Assembly: GCF_018977255.1 (NCBI RefSeq)
Contig: NW_024704752.1
Coordinates: forward strand, 14,942,001-15,006,000
From: Callorhinchus milii
Taxonomy: Eukaryota
Length of the DNA stretch: 64,000 nucleotides
Reading direction: 5' to 3'
Under the pieces are notes generated by a model that was not told where the DNA came from, did not search any database, and saw only the letters and a program-made list of their open reading frames with translations. This document shows positions 1-11,404 of the stretch, piece after piece; within the stretch, counting starts at the first letter, position 1, and every line of letters begins with the position of its first letter. The position numbers were made by a program, and so were the translations under genes.

Positions 1-519
1 AGTCAATCCACTTTACAGTAGCACTTTGAGATGTCTCGTTGACATGATTAAGCGCTTTATCAAATGCAAGGATTATTATTATTAATAATCATAAAACTTC
101 TCATCACTTAATAAAGGTTAGCACCAAGAAAGCTAATACTTTAAATGGTTTTGCCATCATTAACTGTATTCTTTTTATGGTAATTGGCAAAGCAATATCC
201 TCAGAACTATCCTAATTATCCTTATCCACAGAATTTTTCTAATCATTTCCTCAAGCTTATTCCTGTCGCTACTCCATTTATGTTTCATTGTCATTTCTGT
301 TTCCATTGTATGCCTTCGTGCCCTTTCCCCATTCGCTCTGGATACATGTCCATTTAATTGAAGCCTCAGCCAATCTACCTCACCTTCTCCCAAGTGTGTC
401 ACATATTTGTTTTTATACTTTTACTGACTCATTCTGTACTGTATATATCGAGACTTCTTTAAGCACTTGTTTTCTCCGGACGTGAAAGGTGCCATACTAA
501 TTTAATTTGTTCTTGTTTC

Positions 520-700
520 CAGCAGCGCCCCAACACACACTCTGAAATCCCCAAGCCTTGGCTCTTGCCAACCTGTACCTAAAACTTTCCAGAATTAGGT
601 AAGCAGGATGCATCCCTCCAGGGAGAGAGTACACATTCCACTGTAGGTTGGCTGTATAGAATTCTCAGTTTGATTTGGATACTCTGCTTCAAGTCATTTT
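520..700 (+). repeat. Unclassified interspersed repeat (related copies at ~29490-29740 on -, ~41552-41700, ~55980-56130)
   Basis: Shared ccccaagccttggctcttgccaacctg...aattaggtaagcaggatgcatccctccagggagag and tttggtttggatactcttaagca. Confidence 0.7.
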
Positions 701-1429
701 TGTCCAGATCCTTTCTACATTTAGCTCTCAGTGCTGCACGTCAGTGTTGCCATAAGAACTGCGTTATGCAGTGCTATTATATATTTTTCTTGCCCAGAAT
801 AATCAGGTACCTTTCCAGACTAATCAATTTTCCAATCTATTTTTCTAAATCTGTTGGCCTATTTAGGTGGAAGTTAAAGATTATTTGATAAGAGGAGCTT
901 CTCCCAGTGACCTGGACAACCGACCCCCAGATAAAATTGGATCCTTCTCTCATGGCTGTGCACAAATTCACTGCTGCAGTTAGCACAAAAATACACAATC
1001 GGTACAATCTGCAGTAAATCGCGTAAACACTTAGAGACGACTCAAAGATGTGATAAGGAGCTATAAGAAGCGCAAAGGATCATTATTTTATTAATGCAGA
1101 ATCCAGACCTGGATGTAACTTTTACAAGTGCATGTGTTATATTATCGTATTTCTTCCTGTCATATTCCTAATGTATAAAGCCAAAGATCACCGATAAAGT
1201 GTAAAATTGTCTTGTGACAAACTCTGACATTCCCTCTGGAAGCTGTTTTTTTTCACATTTGTGAGGGGTAAAACAGCAAATTAAGACAAAATGCAAAGAT
1301 TTTCCAAAATCATACAGCATCATATACTTTTTAAGACCTGGATTTTTAGGCTACAATCATGAGATATTATGGGCCCCCAATGCTGATTTCTCTGAATGGT
1401 CCCCAATTAATGCTCAAATAATATGTAGA

Positions 1430-1850
1430 TAAAGCTGTAAAAAGGGCATATGGGATACTAGACTTTATAAATAGGGGCATAGAGTACAAGAGTCAGGAGG
1501 TTATGATTAACCTATATAAAATACTGGTTTGGCCTCAGTTAGAATACTGCGCCCAGTTCTGGGCACCACACTATAGGAAGGATGTTAAGGCATTGGAAAG
1601 GGTGCAAAGGAGATTTACAAGAATGGTACCAGGAATGAGGGACCGTGATTATGAGGAAAGGCTAGAGAGGCGAGGATTATTTTCATTGGAGCAGAGAAGG
1701 TTACGAGACCTGATAGAGGTTTTCAAAATCATGAGGGCATTTGATAGATTCGAAAGGGAAAAACTGTTTCCACTGGTGGGTGTGTCGGTGACTCGAGGTC
1801 ACAGATTCAAAATAGTATCTAAAAGAAGCCGAGGGGAGGTGAGAAGAAAT
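1430..1850 (+). mobile_element. CR1 LINE 3' ORF2 fragment
   Basis: LYKILVWPQLEYCAQFWAPHYRKDVKALERVQRRFTRMVPG...TRGHRFKI, typical CR1 ORF2 C-terminus. Confidence 0.9.
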
Positions 1851-2544
1851 GCTGCAGTATAAAATATCAATGTCAAATATCCCCATTACAACTTGAATAC
1901 TTTTCAACTGAATAACCAAATCATAATCTTAAGAGCTGAATTGTTTTTAAATTGCATGAAAACAAAAATGTTTATTCAGTTGGTTAGGTAGCATTACTAA
2001 CCAGAATAAGTTGAATCCCGTTAACCCATCCAAGACCTGAGCAGCAGATGAATTTTTTATTCAATCTTATAGACACATAGCCTAGAGTGACCAACAAAAT
2101 CATTTGCATTTCTTGGAATATTATCTGATAGTATGTTATCAGAGATCATTTCCACTGAGCTTTAGATTGAAGATACAGATTCAGGGCATTAAAACGTTGT
2201 TTGAGGTCAAAATGTTGTCAAGTCTTTTTCTATGCTTGCAAATTTGGCAAAACAGAAGCACGAACATCAACGCATGCATTTGTATCACAAAATAATTATT
2301 TCATTTCATGTATATATGGCATTGTCACAGTGACAACCAAATATAGCTGTTCTACTTTGACCAGAGACTAAGAGAGTGACTCTAAACACTGTCAACTTTT
2401 GACAACAAGAAATAGACCACATAGACCACACGATCAGTGTCCATTTTTTACTTTTAACTACTAAGCCGACTACATAATTGTTATTAACAGGTTGATCATC
2501 AGGGTATATCCATCAGATACCTATGTACATCTCAGTGACTTACT

Positions 2545-2899
2545 GCCTGTCTTTCTTGGTGCTGATTCAGACTGACCCTGCCTCAGTCGCTTTCTCCTCA
2601 TCGAACGGTAGAAGAAAGAGTTCCTTCGTATCGGAATCTGCTGATTTCCTTCCTGCTCTGAATCATTGGTGTCGCACTGATTGGGATCAGAATGCTGATT
2701 TGCATTATGAGCATCATCCATTTTCACTGCTCCACTCTGCTGCACACTGCTCCTACTGCCTGACGTCCTGTCAAGTTGATGCTTCTCTTTGCTCTGTCAC
2801 ACCATACTGGGTCCTCTTATTAAACAGAAAGAGATCTGTAATCCACCGGATGTTCCAGAATCTTTTATTCCAAGAATGCTCACATTGCTACTACTTTAC
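2545..2899 (-). CDS. Probable first coding exon (with 5' UTR part) of an unidentified gene extending left; ATG at ~2721
   Basis: Minus-strand acceptor ttttcatttcag at ~2900, open frame MDDAHNANQHSDPNQCDTNDSEQEGNQQIPIRRNSFFYRSMRRKRLRQGQSESAPRKTG, then a consensus donor gtaagt. No downstream exon or family recognised. Confidence 0.45.
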
Positions 2900-3099
2900 C
2901 TGAAATGAAAAGAATTGTCAGAAACAGCTATTGAAACAGTTTTGCTAACCAGACATTAATTCATCACCATGGTAACTATTGGTACGATTACAAAAGAGGT
3001 ATGATAAGTAGGGTTGAGTTTCAATCCAATGGCAGTTTCTGAAGCTGCTCCTTTGCCCAGTTTCCTTCAATCACTCTACATTTTCAAGTTTGCTTTTGA

Positions 3100-5495
3100 A
3101 TTCAGGAAATTCAGCACATATTTCAGCTTTTTTTTAAAGTATTACATATATCTTCAAGTACTTAGTCTTCAAATTTTGTTCACTCTAGCGTCAAATGTTT
3201 CCCATACATCATATATTTGTTTAAATGGATTTTAAACAATTTTGCGATCAACTTAAGTAGAGGTGGTGTCACTCAGTCCTTCGCTCTTGTTTAGAGATCT
3301 CCAGGTTCAGCAATTTCCATGTACACTTGGAAATTGAATATCAAAAAAAAATTGGTCACTTCAATCCATGACTCTTTGTGGGACACTGCTGTGCGCAATT
3401 GGCTGCCACGTTTCGCCCACAAAAATGCAGTCAATTCTCTTTACAGTATATTCTGTGAGACGTCAAGAAGAAGTGAAAAGCACTCCATCAAATGCAAGGA
3501 TTATTATTATATTATCAGCATCAAAGTCAAGCACTGTTTGCTTTCAAAATTGAGATACAACTCCACACCTGATTTTCACTCAGTAGATTTAACTCACGAA
3601 GGACTCTAAGATAGAACTACAGGGTTGTATATTGAGTGGTGATTGCTTTAGTACTCTGCCATCTCAGTAATTTTTTTTAAAAAAAACAAGTTTTAGTTTT
3701 CATTAATAATGCACCACCATTCAAATGAATACACTTCTTCCATTACCTAGACAGCTGATATTAAGCCAATTCAACATGACAGTTTCCTCGAGGGCTTTTA
3801 GGCCACTTCATCGAATGAAAAGTACATTGGAAACATTCCGTTGTAATGTATGCATTTTGACATCACTACCCCACCCATATATTTACAACCTGTAGAGTTG
3901 TTAGGCTAACAGTCAAGACAAGGTCAGGAGCGATGCCTTTCAAATGACACAACATACCCAGATTGGGAGTGCTACAAATATGGATAATGAACAGACTGTG
4001 CCATTACTTGCATTACTTTCACTACCACTATTGATTGAAGTCATTTGGTGAATGCAAATTATTTGTCACTACGCTGGCGGATCACTGAAATTATAGGTTA
4101 TTCAATGAAACCTGACAAAAAGTTGATTTGGAAAGCTCCATTGAAAGGCCCAGTAAAACTAAGGGTGCTTGGAAACAATAAGTTGATTTTAATTTTACAC
4201 AACGACGCAAAGAGTAAATTGATTCACATTACATAACTAGAGGTGCTACAGCTTATACCATTTTAACTGTAAAGTTGTTATAGACCAGGTGGTCCACAAT
4301 GGGTTCAAAGTGATTTTTAAATCTTAACAAATGTCAATTATTCTGATCTATTTGAATTGTAAATGATTTTTTTGGATTGATCTGGTCTGCTGATGCTACT
4401 TCTGCCCCTTACAAGTTAGTATAGCTGTAGATAACTCTAAACTCTATTGCATTTCCAAACGAAATAGAATTTGCATCTAATCATTCGATGGTACAGAAAT
4501 ATTAGTCCACCGATGAGATCCACCAAAGACAGCACCTCCAACAATACAACACCCTCCCACTACGCTTGATCAAGATTGGTTTTGTAAGAACTACTATGTA
4601 AAACGACTCAAACATTTTAGTCTGGGTTATCTAAGCGTTCCAAACATGCCTGGCTCTGCAAATTCACTACATACTTGCAGTGTTTGTATTGCCACACCTG
4701 CATGAGGAAAGGTATTCTAGTTGCAGCTGAAAGAAATCCGTGTCAATGTGCAAAAGAAATACAATGATGGGGAGTATTTCCTCCCTGGAAAAGATTAGAA
4801 AGAAGCAAAATTAGGAATGATTTATACGACGCAAAAATGTTCACATTAGAATATAGAATGAGGCAGGAAGGAGATAACTAGGAATTAGTTAGGAATTAAC
4901 CAGGAACAGTTGTTCCCATACAATCAGGCCCTGCCCAGCAACCATAGCTTGAAAATATTTGTTGTGGGTTCGTCCAAAATAAATGCTTTTTTCTTGTGCT
5001 TAATAGCCCACCCTTTCTACCACCACATATAAAAATCTGAAAGTAACTTGGGAACTTGCTGTTTGTTACAAGTATATATTTAGCTAATAGTAACAGTTAT
5101 AAATGTACCTTTTTACTGAAGCAAATTTTACAGGCCATCTACCTGACTATTGCTACATAAATTCTCACATAAAATAAATCAAGTTTGACATGCAGATAAA
5201 AAAGTGAAAAACTTACATTACAGTTGACAATAACCAGACACCTATCTGCATTGTTAAGATAACACATAATTCAGNTTTTTTTAAATAACTGTTACACATA
5301 TCTATCTGCAAGTACTTACACAGTCTTCAAATATTCACTCCAGTAAGAAATACGTTTTCCATACACAAGGTAATTGTTTAAATAGATTTTAAACTGTTTT
5401 TGATCAACTTAAGTACAGGTGGTGTCACTCAGTCCTTTGCCCTTGTTAAGAGATCTCGAGGTAGGTAAGTCAATTCCGTGTGCACTTCCTGGCCT
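3100..5495 (+). repeat. Local direct duplication (~3120-3345 vs ~5275-5490)
   Basis: Shared gatcaacttaagta.aggtggtgtcactcagtcctt.gc.cttgtt.agagatct and flanks. Confidence 0.7.
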
Positions 5496-7019
5496 CATTG
5501 AATATCAAAGTCCAGCAATGTTTACCTTCACTGGCAAAGTATTAACCCCTTGCGATCACTTCACTTGTAATGTTTGTGCGCTCATTTATAAAAATAACAA
5601 AACTATCAGCATAATTTTTCCTGAAATTGTACACTGCGTTTGTACAGATTTGTAGCGGAGAAGGGCATTTGTTGTTGGTTCCTCCAAAAAAGTGTGGCCT
5701 CACTTTTTTGTGAGCCCAGGCTGTAACTTAATTGGGAGACTGGACAGTTGACTAAGGGGTTATCTAGAACTGCATTTGCTTTTTGTGATATACTTACTGC
5801 ATTAATGCCCGTAATTCTGAGGCCCAGAATAGCTGGTTTTATTTCTGTCGAGGTATGGTATCGTAGGCTCATTTCTCAGCAACTTTGGGAGAGGTTTCCA
5901 CCGATCAGGTTTCAGCAATTTCAGAACGTCTGGAGCTTAGAATTAAAGGGGACTTCAAGGTTACCCGACAACTCAAGTTTAAAACACTGCTGTAATTGTT
6001 CTGCAGTACACAAATGAACCAGAAAATAGTGCACTCGCAGGGTTCAAGCCCCACTCTGGAAGGCAGAAATCAGTCTAAGATGCCATTCCAATGATGTCCT
6101 GGGGTGTGTGGCATTGTTGGAAGTGCCATCCTTTGGAAAAGGCACCATTTGCCACTTCAGAACATTGGAGTCTGTGGCATTATTCGAAAAAGGTGTTTCT
6201 CTCGCAGCACTGCATTGGGAGTGTCAATCTAGAATACGATGCTAAAGTGGCAATATTGGTTTAATGTGTGCAGTTTTCTTTATTAGATGCGTTCTCAAAA
6301 TGATTCATTGTAAATTCCTTTATTGATTTCCAAACCGTCATTAAGCATTCATTGAATTAGTTAAAGCCCATATTAAAATGCCAGGAAACTGATATCTAGG
6401 AATACAAATGAAAGCATTGCACTCTGTACTCAAGGTGGTCACACACCCCGCTGCGCTTTATTCAGGGAGGTCTGTAGAAATTCAAAACACACACGTTATA
6501 ATGTCCCCAAGATTATATCTCCACAACAGGAGCAGATAAATGATCCCGAAAAAGGAAGGTACATCTTTAATACTGGATTTTATTGAATATACATGCTTGA
6601 ATATATGTAGTTTTCCTCTGCTGTATTAGAGAATAAAAAACATTCACTCAAGCTTTTTTTTAAGAATTTTTATTTAATAGTATCCAGACACCATTAACTA
6701 ATGGTTTTACAAAGAGAATCTGCTGTGTCCATCCCAGATTTTCCATCCTAACAGCCACCTGATGTAAGGCATTCGATCACCATAGTTAGTTTCCATATCA
6801 TTCTCTGTACTTCACTCCGGATGCAGTCCTTGCTGCTGCTGTTGTCATACAGCATTCCTAAATGTCTTCATGATTAGATCTAAAGAAAAAAAAGCAGCTT
6901 TCAAAATCAACAGAAAGATATGTTCGCAGGATTGCTGCTCAACAAGTATATCTGCCAGTTACTAGACAAATAGAAACAAGTCCAATTACCTTTACGTTGC
7001 ACAGAAAATGCTTCAGGTG

Positions 7020-7100
7020 ATGTGATCAGAGACTATTACTCAACATGGATAAATCTGACGGTAATTCCAGCTGTTTTGAGTTTGGTTTCATCATCCACAT
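7020..7100 (-). ncRNA. SNORD65: Box C/D snoRNA SNORD65 copy
   Basis: Box C ATGATGA, guide AGCTGGAATTACCG complementary to 18S rRNA CGGUAAUUCCAGCU, D' CAGA, box D CTGA, terminal stem. Confidence 0.9.
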
Positions 7101-7402
7101 TCCCATCACACAATAACCACTATCCATCTCCATTTAGCACTAAGTAAGATTAGTGTCCAAAGATTTAAATCCTGATAAGTTCTTTCTGCTACTCCAGTTA
7201 AGCCCTTGGCTACATATTTGCACTAAACCAGAGCGCCCGTTTGTGCCAAAATACAATCTTGAGATGGATTGCCAACAATTATATACTTACCAACCTGAGA
7301 CATCCATTTGAAGATTTCTGCTCCAATCACTGAATAAAAAATATAGAATATTCAGTCAATCACGTTTTTTCATAACAGAAAATGGGAGTTTTCCCATCTA
7401 AC

Positions 7403-7474
7403 AAATCAGAAACTAAAAACAGATCGTCAGTTATCGCATCTGACGGCACTTCCTATTCAGGTTTTCATCATTTA
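7403..7474 (-). ncRNA. SNORD49: Box C/D snoRNA SNORD49 copy
   Basis: ATGATGA...AATAGGAAGTGCCGTCAGATGCGATAACTGACGAT...CTGA, matching the U49 core as recalled; guide pairs with 28S rRNA CGGCUCUUCCUAU with one mismatch. Confidence 0.9.
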
Positions 7475-7660
7475 CAACTTGCAAAGTTGCCTCTAAATCT
7501 TTCCTAGCCTGGACAAGACACAAAACTGATAAATTACCTGCCAACATTCCCTTTTGAGACAACCCAGGTTTCCCTGTATGATCACTGTAAAACAGGTAAA
7601 AGGAAAATTAGCAGTTAGCATGGAACTCACTTTAGTAAATTTATAACCTGTCATTATTAT

Positions 7661-7736
7661 GTGATCAGAGAACCACTACTCAACACTGTCAATCTGACGG
7701 TAATTCCAGCTATTTGAGTTTGGTGTCATCATCCAC
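7661..7736 (-). ncRNA. SNORD65: Box C/D snoRNA SNORD65 copy
   Basis: ATGATGA...AAATAGCTGGAATTACCGTCAGATTG...CTGA with terminal stem. Confidence 0.9.
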
Positions 7737-8065
7737 TAAGCCACACAAAAATTGCCAACATTAAGCATACTAACTTAAAACAAATAGCCCATCAAGCACT
7801 CATTTTAGTTACTGCAAAGTCACAAACCACTTGTTCTTGACTAGCCGACACAATACCTTAGGTTATGAACTAAGCATTTCAAAGGCTACTGCATATTCCA
7901 TAAGAACCTATTACATACACATTAAAAAAAACCTTACCATATCTTTAAGGCTAATCCAACGAATATATTGCTTCCATATCAGTTTTCAGCTGAGAAAAAA
8001 AAATCATATTCAACAATCTCACAATACATGTGAAAATCCCATTTATTTATTTTCACCCATCTGAA

Positions 8066-8137
8066 CAGTCAGAATTAAATAGATTATCGTCAGTTCTCGC
8101 ATCTGACGGCACTTCCTATTCAAGTTTTCATCATCAA
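8066..8137 (-). ncRNA. SNORD49: Box C/D snoRNA SNORD49 copy
   Basis: Boxes C and D intact; AATAGGAAGTGCCGTCAGA guide. Confidence 0.88.
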
Positions 8138-8607
8138 AAGGGTGCAGAAATATCTAGATCAAAATAGTCTGAAAGATACTAGAATAAATAGTAAATCTCT
8201 TGGTAATTCTAGAGAATTGAGTTTGGACCCACCACTCACCACTAAACCACCTAAAAATTTTAAGCAAACTAACTTAAAATAACCTACAATGGACTAGTTT
8301 CATAGTTACCACAAAGTCACAGGCCATTTTCTCTAACCTAGCCGACAAAATATTTTATAAAGGTATAATTCCAATAGCCTGGACAAGCAAGAACCCACAG
8401 GAGGATGTGCCCGAACCATAAACAAAGTAGTTCAAAGGCTACTGCACATTCTACAAGAACTTATTATAGATTTTTTTTACCATATTCATAAGACCAATCG
8501 AAGGAATTTATTGCTTCCATGGCAGTTTTCAGCTGAAAAAGAAAAAATTGCATTCAACAATCTCTCAATACATGTGAAAATCCCATGTATTTATTTTCAC
8601 CCATCTG

Positions 8608-8679
8608 AAGTCAGAATTAAATAGATTATCGTCAGTTCTCGCATCTGACGGCACTTCCTATTCAAGTTTTCATCATCAA
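8608..8679 (-). ncRNA. SNORD49: Box C/D snoRNA SNORD49 copy
   Basis: Essentially identical to the 8066-8137 copy, within a ~540 bp tandem duplication. Confidence 0.88.
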
Positions 8680-8737
8680 AAGGGTGCAGAGATAGCTACA
8701 TCAAGTTAGTCAGGAAGATATTAATCAATACTGGCAA

Positions 8738-8770
8738 TAATTCCATTTGAGTTGGTTTCATCATCCACAT
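8738..8770 (-). pseudogene. Truncated SNORD65 remnant
   Basis: Retains box C and the 5' part (taattccatttgagttggtttcatcatccacat on +), but the guide is deleted and there is no recognisable 3' half. Confidence 0.6.
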
Positions 8771-9019
8771 TGTTCTTTAGCTCAAAAATTAAACCCCATT
8801 CCCTATCCCAGGCATTTAAACTGTAATAAGCCGGCCAAACTAATCTCGAAAAAAGCCTTCTAAATTCATGCAGTTAAATTGGACATAAGCAAAATAAATC
8901 ACCTTTCACCAACTTCCCTTGCATCCATGTTGCCGAAGATGGAAGCTTTACCTGCAACATAGAGATAAGTCAGAACTGACAATCCACTTTCAATATTCAT
9001 TCGAAGTAAGCTATTATAA

Positions 9020-9098
9020 TATGGTCAGAATATCATTACTCAACACTGTACAATCTGACGGTAATTCCAGCTATTTGAGTTGGTTTCATCATCCACAT
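9020..9098 (-). ncRNA. SNORD65: Box C/D snoRNA SNORD65 copy
   Basis: Boxes C, D', D and 18S guide intact. Confidence 0.9.
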
Positions 9099-9350
9099 TG
9101 TTAAATAGCTCACGTTAAACCCCACCCCAAGCATTTAAACCGTAACAAGTCAAGGACACAGAGCTGGTCAAACTAATCTCGACAAGACTTCTATGTTCAT
9201 AGACTTACAATAGCAAAATAAATCACCTTTCACCAATCTTCACTTGCATCCACGCTGCCAAAGATGAAAGCTTTACCTGCAACATTGAGATAAATTAGAA
9301 CTGACCATTCCCATTTACTTTCAATATTCATTTAAAGTAAGCTATTAAAG

Positions 9351-9428
9351 TATGATCAGAAAATCATTACTCAACACTGTACAATCTGACGGTAATTCCA
9401 GCTATTTGAGTTGGTTTCATCATTCACA
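9351..9428 (-). ncRNA. SNORD65: Box C/D snoRNA SNORD65 copy
   Basis: Boxes C, D', D and 18S guide intact. Confidence 0.9.
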
Positions 9429-9678
9429 CTGTTCAATAGCTCAAGTGCTAAGCTCCATCCCAAGCATTTAAACAGTAACAAGTCGAGGACACAAAGCTGG
9501 TCAAACTAATCTCGACAAAAGACTCCTACGGTCATGGACTTAAATAGCAAAATAAATCACCTTTCACCGAGCCTCACTTGAATCCGTGTCGCCAAAGATG
9601 AATGCTTTACCTGCAACACAGAGATAAGTTAGAACTGAACACCTACTTTCAATATCCATTCAAAGTAAGCTTTTTCAG

Positions 9679-9756
9679 TATGATCAGAAAATTGTTACTC
9701 AGCACTGTACAATCTGACTGGAATTCCTGCGATTTTAACTGTATTCATCATTCATA
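9679..9756 (-). ncRNA. SNORD65: SNORD65-family snoRNA with diverged guide element
   Basis: Boxes C/D'/D and a perfect TATGA/TCATA terminal stem are kept, but the guide reads ATCGCAGGAATTCCAGT instead of ATAGCTGGAATTACCGT. Confidence 0.75.
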
Positions 9757-10038
9757 GGGTTGTTTAACGAACAGCCACCTACCCCCCCCCCCCCCAACTT
9801 CCCATCAAGTGAGCTTCCACTGCACTATATATTGTACGAGAGAGCATGTGAAACCTGAACCTACATTTAGGGAGCCCAGGGCACAATGCTTCAAGATCAA
9901 ACACCTTTCATGGGACTTCACCTGCATCCAGATCTCCAAAGATGAACGTTTGCCCCTGTTAACGAGAGGGGAAAAAGTTAGGACCAACAGCACCCACTTT
10001 CAGCACGTGCACAAAGGCGACAAGCAGCTTGGTCAGGA

Positions 10039-10092
10039 ATGGTCGGAAGCCATTGCTCAAGACCGTCCAACCTGATGGCAATTCTAAGTTTA
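10039..10092 (-). pseudogene. Degenerate SNORD65-like copy
   Basis: atggtcggaagccattgctcaagaccgtccaacctgatggcaattcta aligns with atggtcagaatatcattactcaacactgtacaatctgacggtaattcca of the intact copies; boxes mutated, no box C. Confidence 0.55.
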
Positions 10093-10499
10093 CCTTAGTG
10101 TGCAGATGTATTTGCACTGAAATGCTGCACCGCCGCTCTACGGGAATAGTATTGCATTCCCAACAAAAAAAAAATCACCTCTTGGTATCACGGTCTCATA
10201 CAATCACATGGGACGTGAAGATGAATAATTTTACATGTTAGGAAAAAGTATATATACACATATATATATAGAGAGAGAGAGAGATTCCTTACACGGGGCG
10301 GGGGTCTGAATACTGTGGTTTGAGACAAAGATGAATCATTTTTTCACATGTAAATACATATAGATATTATATACATTCACACACGCGATTGATTCTTTAA
10401 ATCTGTACCGGGAGGGGAGGGGGCTGAGTGCTGTGGCTTGAGATAAGGTTTGAGAAGCCTCTCCCCCTCCCCCCCCATCCCCCAAACCTTTTGTCCTGA

Positions 10500-11380
10500 C
10501 TGAATCCTGACCGAAAATGGCGCCGCCGCCATTTTGTGGCTCAAACAACACGTGCGGCAAAACCGGGGACCGGCCTTCCACACACAGGAAAAAAAGGGGG
10601 CGAACCCGAGAGGTCGGCGGCTGCACTCCGGCGGGGCCTCGGCCATCCCCGTCCCCAACACCACCACCACCAACAACAACAACACAGAGCGGCGGCACTA
10701 AAACAGCAGCAGTAAATGCCGACAGTGAGGTTCTCGAACCTTCCCCGATGTCTCGGGACAGAAATAACGTTTTTTTCCTTTTCAAACTAAAAAAAAAACA
10801 GGAACTCCTGACGCCTCCCCCTCCCTCCCTCACACACACACACAGTCACAGCCTCCATCTTGCTTCACCAGGGGGTATCGTACCGTGTCCCAGGCAGAGG
10901 CTGCGGTCGTAGAGGAACCGAGAGAGAGACATCACCGCCGTCCTGACCGTTGGCGTCTTCCAGAGAGAGAGAGAGAAAGAGAGGACCGCGCGCAGGCTCC
11001 CAGCAACCCCCGCGCGAGGGGGCCGGGGGGCGGGACGAGAGGGAAAAGGGGGCGGGGCGAGAGGGAGAGGGGGTGTGGCGAGAGGGAGAAGGAGGCGGGG
11101 CGAGAGGGTGAGGGGGCGGGGCGAGAGGGGGCGGGGCTTGAAACCAGCGCAGTCACGTGACGCAGCTTGGATTGCCCACCGAGCCCTTGTGGCCAAGTGT
11201 CCAGAGATGGAACCGCAACGTCAACGGATTGCCCTCGGGCAGCGCTTCTTCACGTCGGGAGACGTCCCCAAGGCCCTGGACCGTCAGGGATTTGGACCCG
11301 AACCGGGGGTTGGGATCAGGTGGCGGGTGGTGGGACGGCAGGGAGGGTAAGGGGGATGTGGCCGAAGGCGCAGTCGAAGG
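10500..11380 (-). promoter_or_regulatory. CpG-island promoter of the snoRNA host gene
   Basis: GC/CpG-rich. Several GGGGCGGGG GC boxes (11069-11136), palindromic E-box GTCACGTGAC at 11152-11161, inverted pair of YY1-type motifs AAAATGGCG/CGCCATTTT at 10514-10535, and a TOP-like start. Confidence 0.75.
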
Positions 11381-11404
11381 AGAAATAATCCCTCCAAAAC
11401 CAAA

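Larger units (their letters stand above)
6665..10985 (-). ncRNA. SNHG29: snoRNA host gene (SNHG29/LRRC75A-AS1-like), spliced non-coding 5'TOP transcript
   Basis: Carries intronic SNORD49 and SNORD65, the combination hosted by mammalian SNHG29. Exon 1 starts in a pyrimidine tract (ctctctttctctct, ~10985) in a CpG-rich region, donor at 10883. Short internal exons are present, with a last exon ~6665-6880 and AATAAA at ~6668-6673. No long ORF. Confidence 0.75.

Noticed and set aside
9726-9735. 10-nt match (CCTGCGATTT) between the variant snoRNA guide region and U1 snRNA as recalled
   Set aside because: Short, from memory, and it does not include the fifth base upstream of D', so it predicts no methylation site.
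8890-9760. Regular repeat-spacer pattern resembling a CRISPR array
   Set aside because: Eukaryotic context; the repeats are duplicated exons and snoRNAs.
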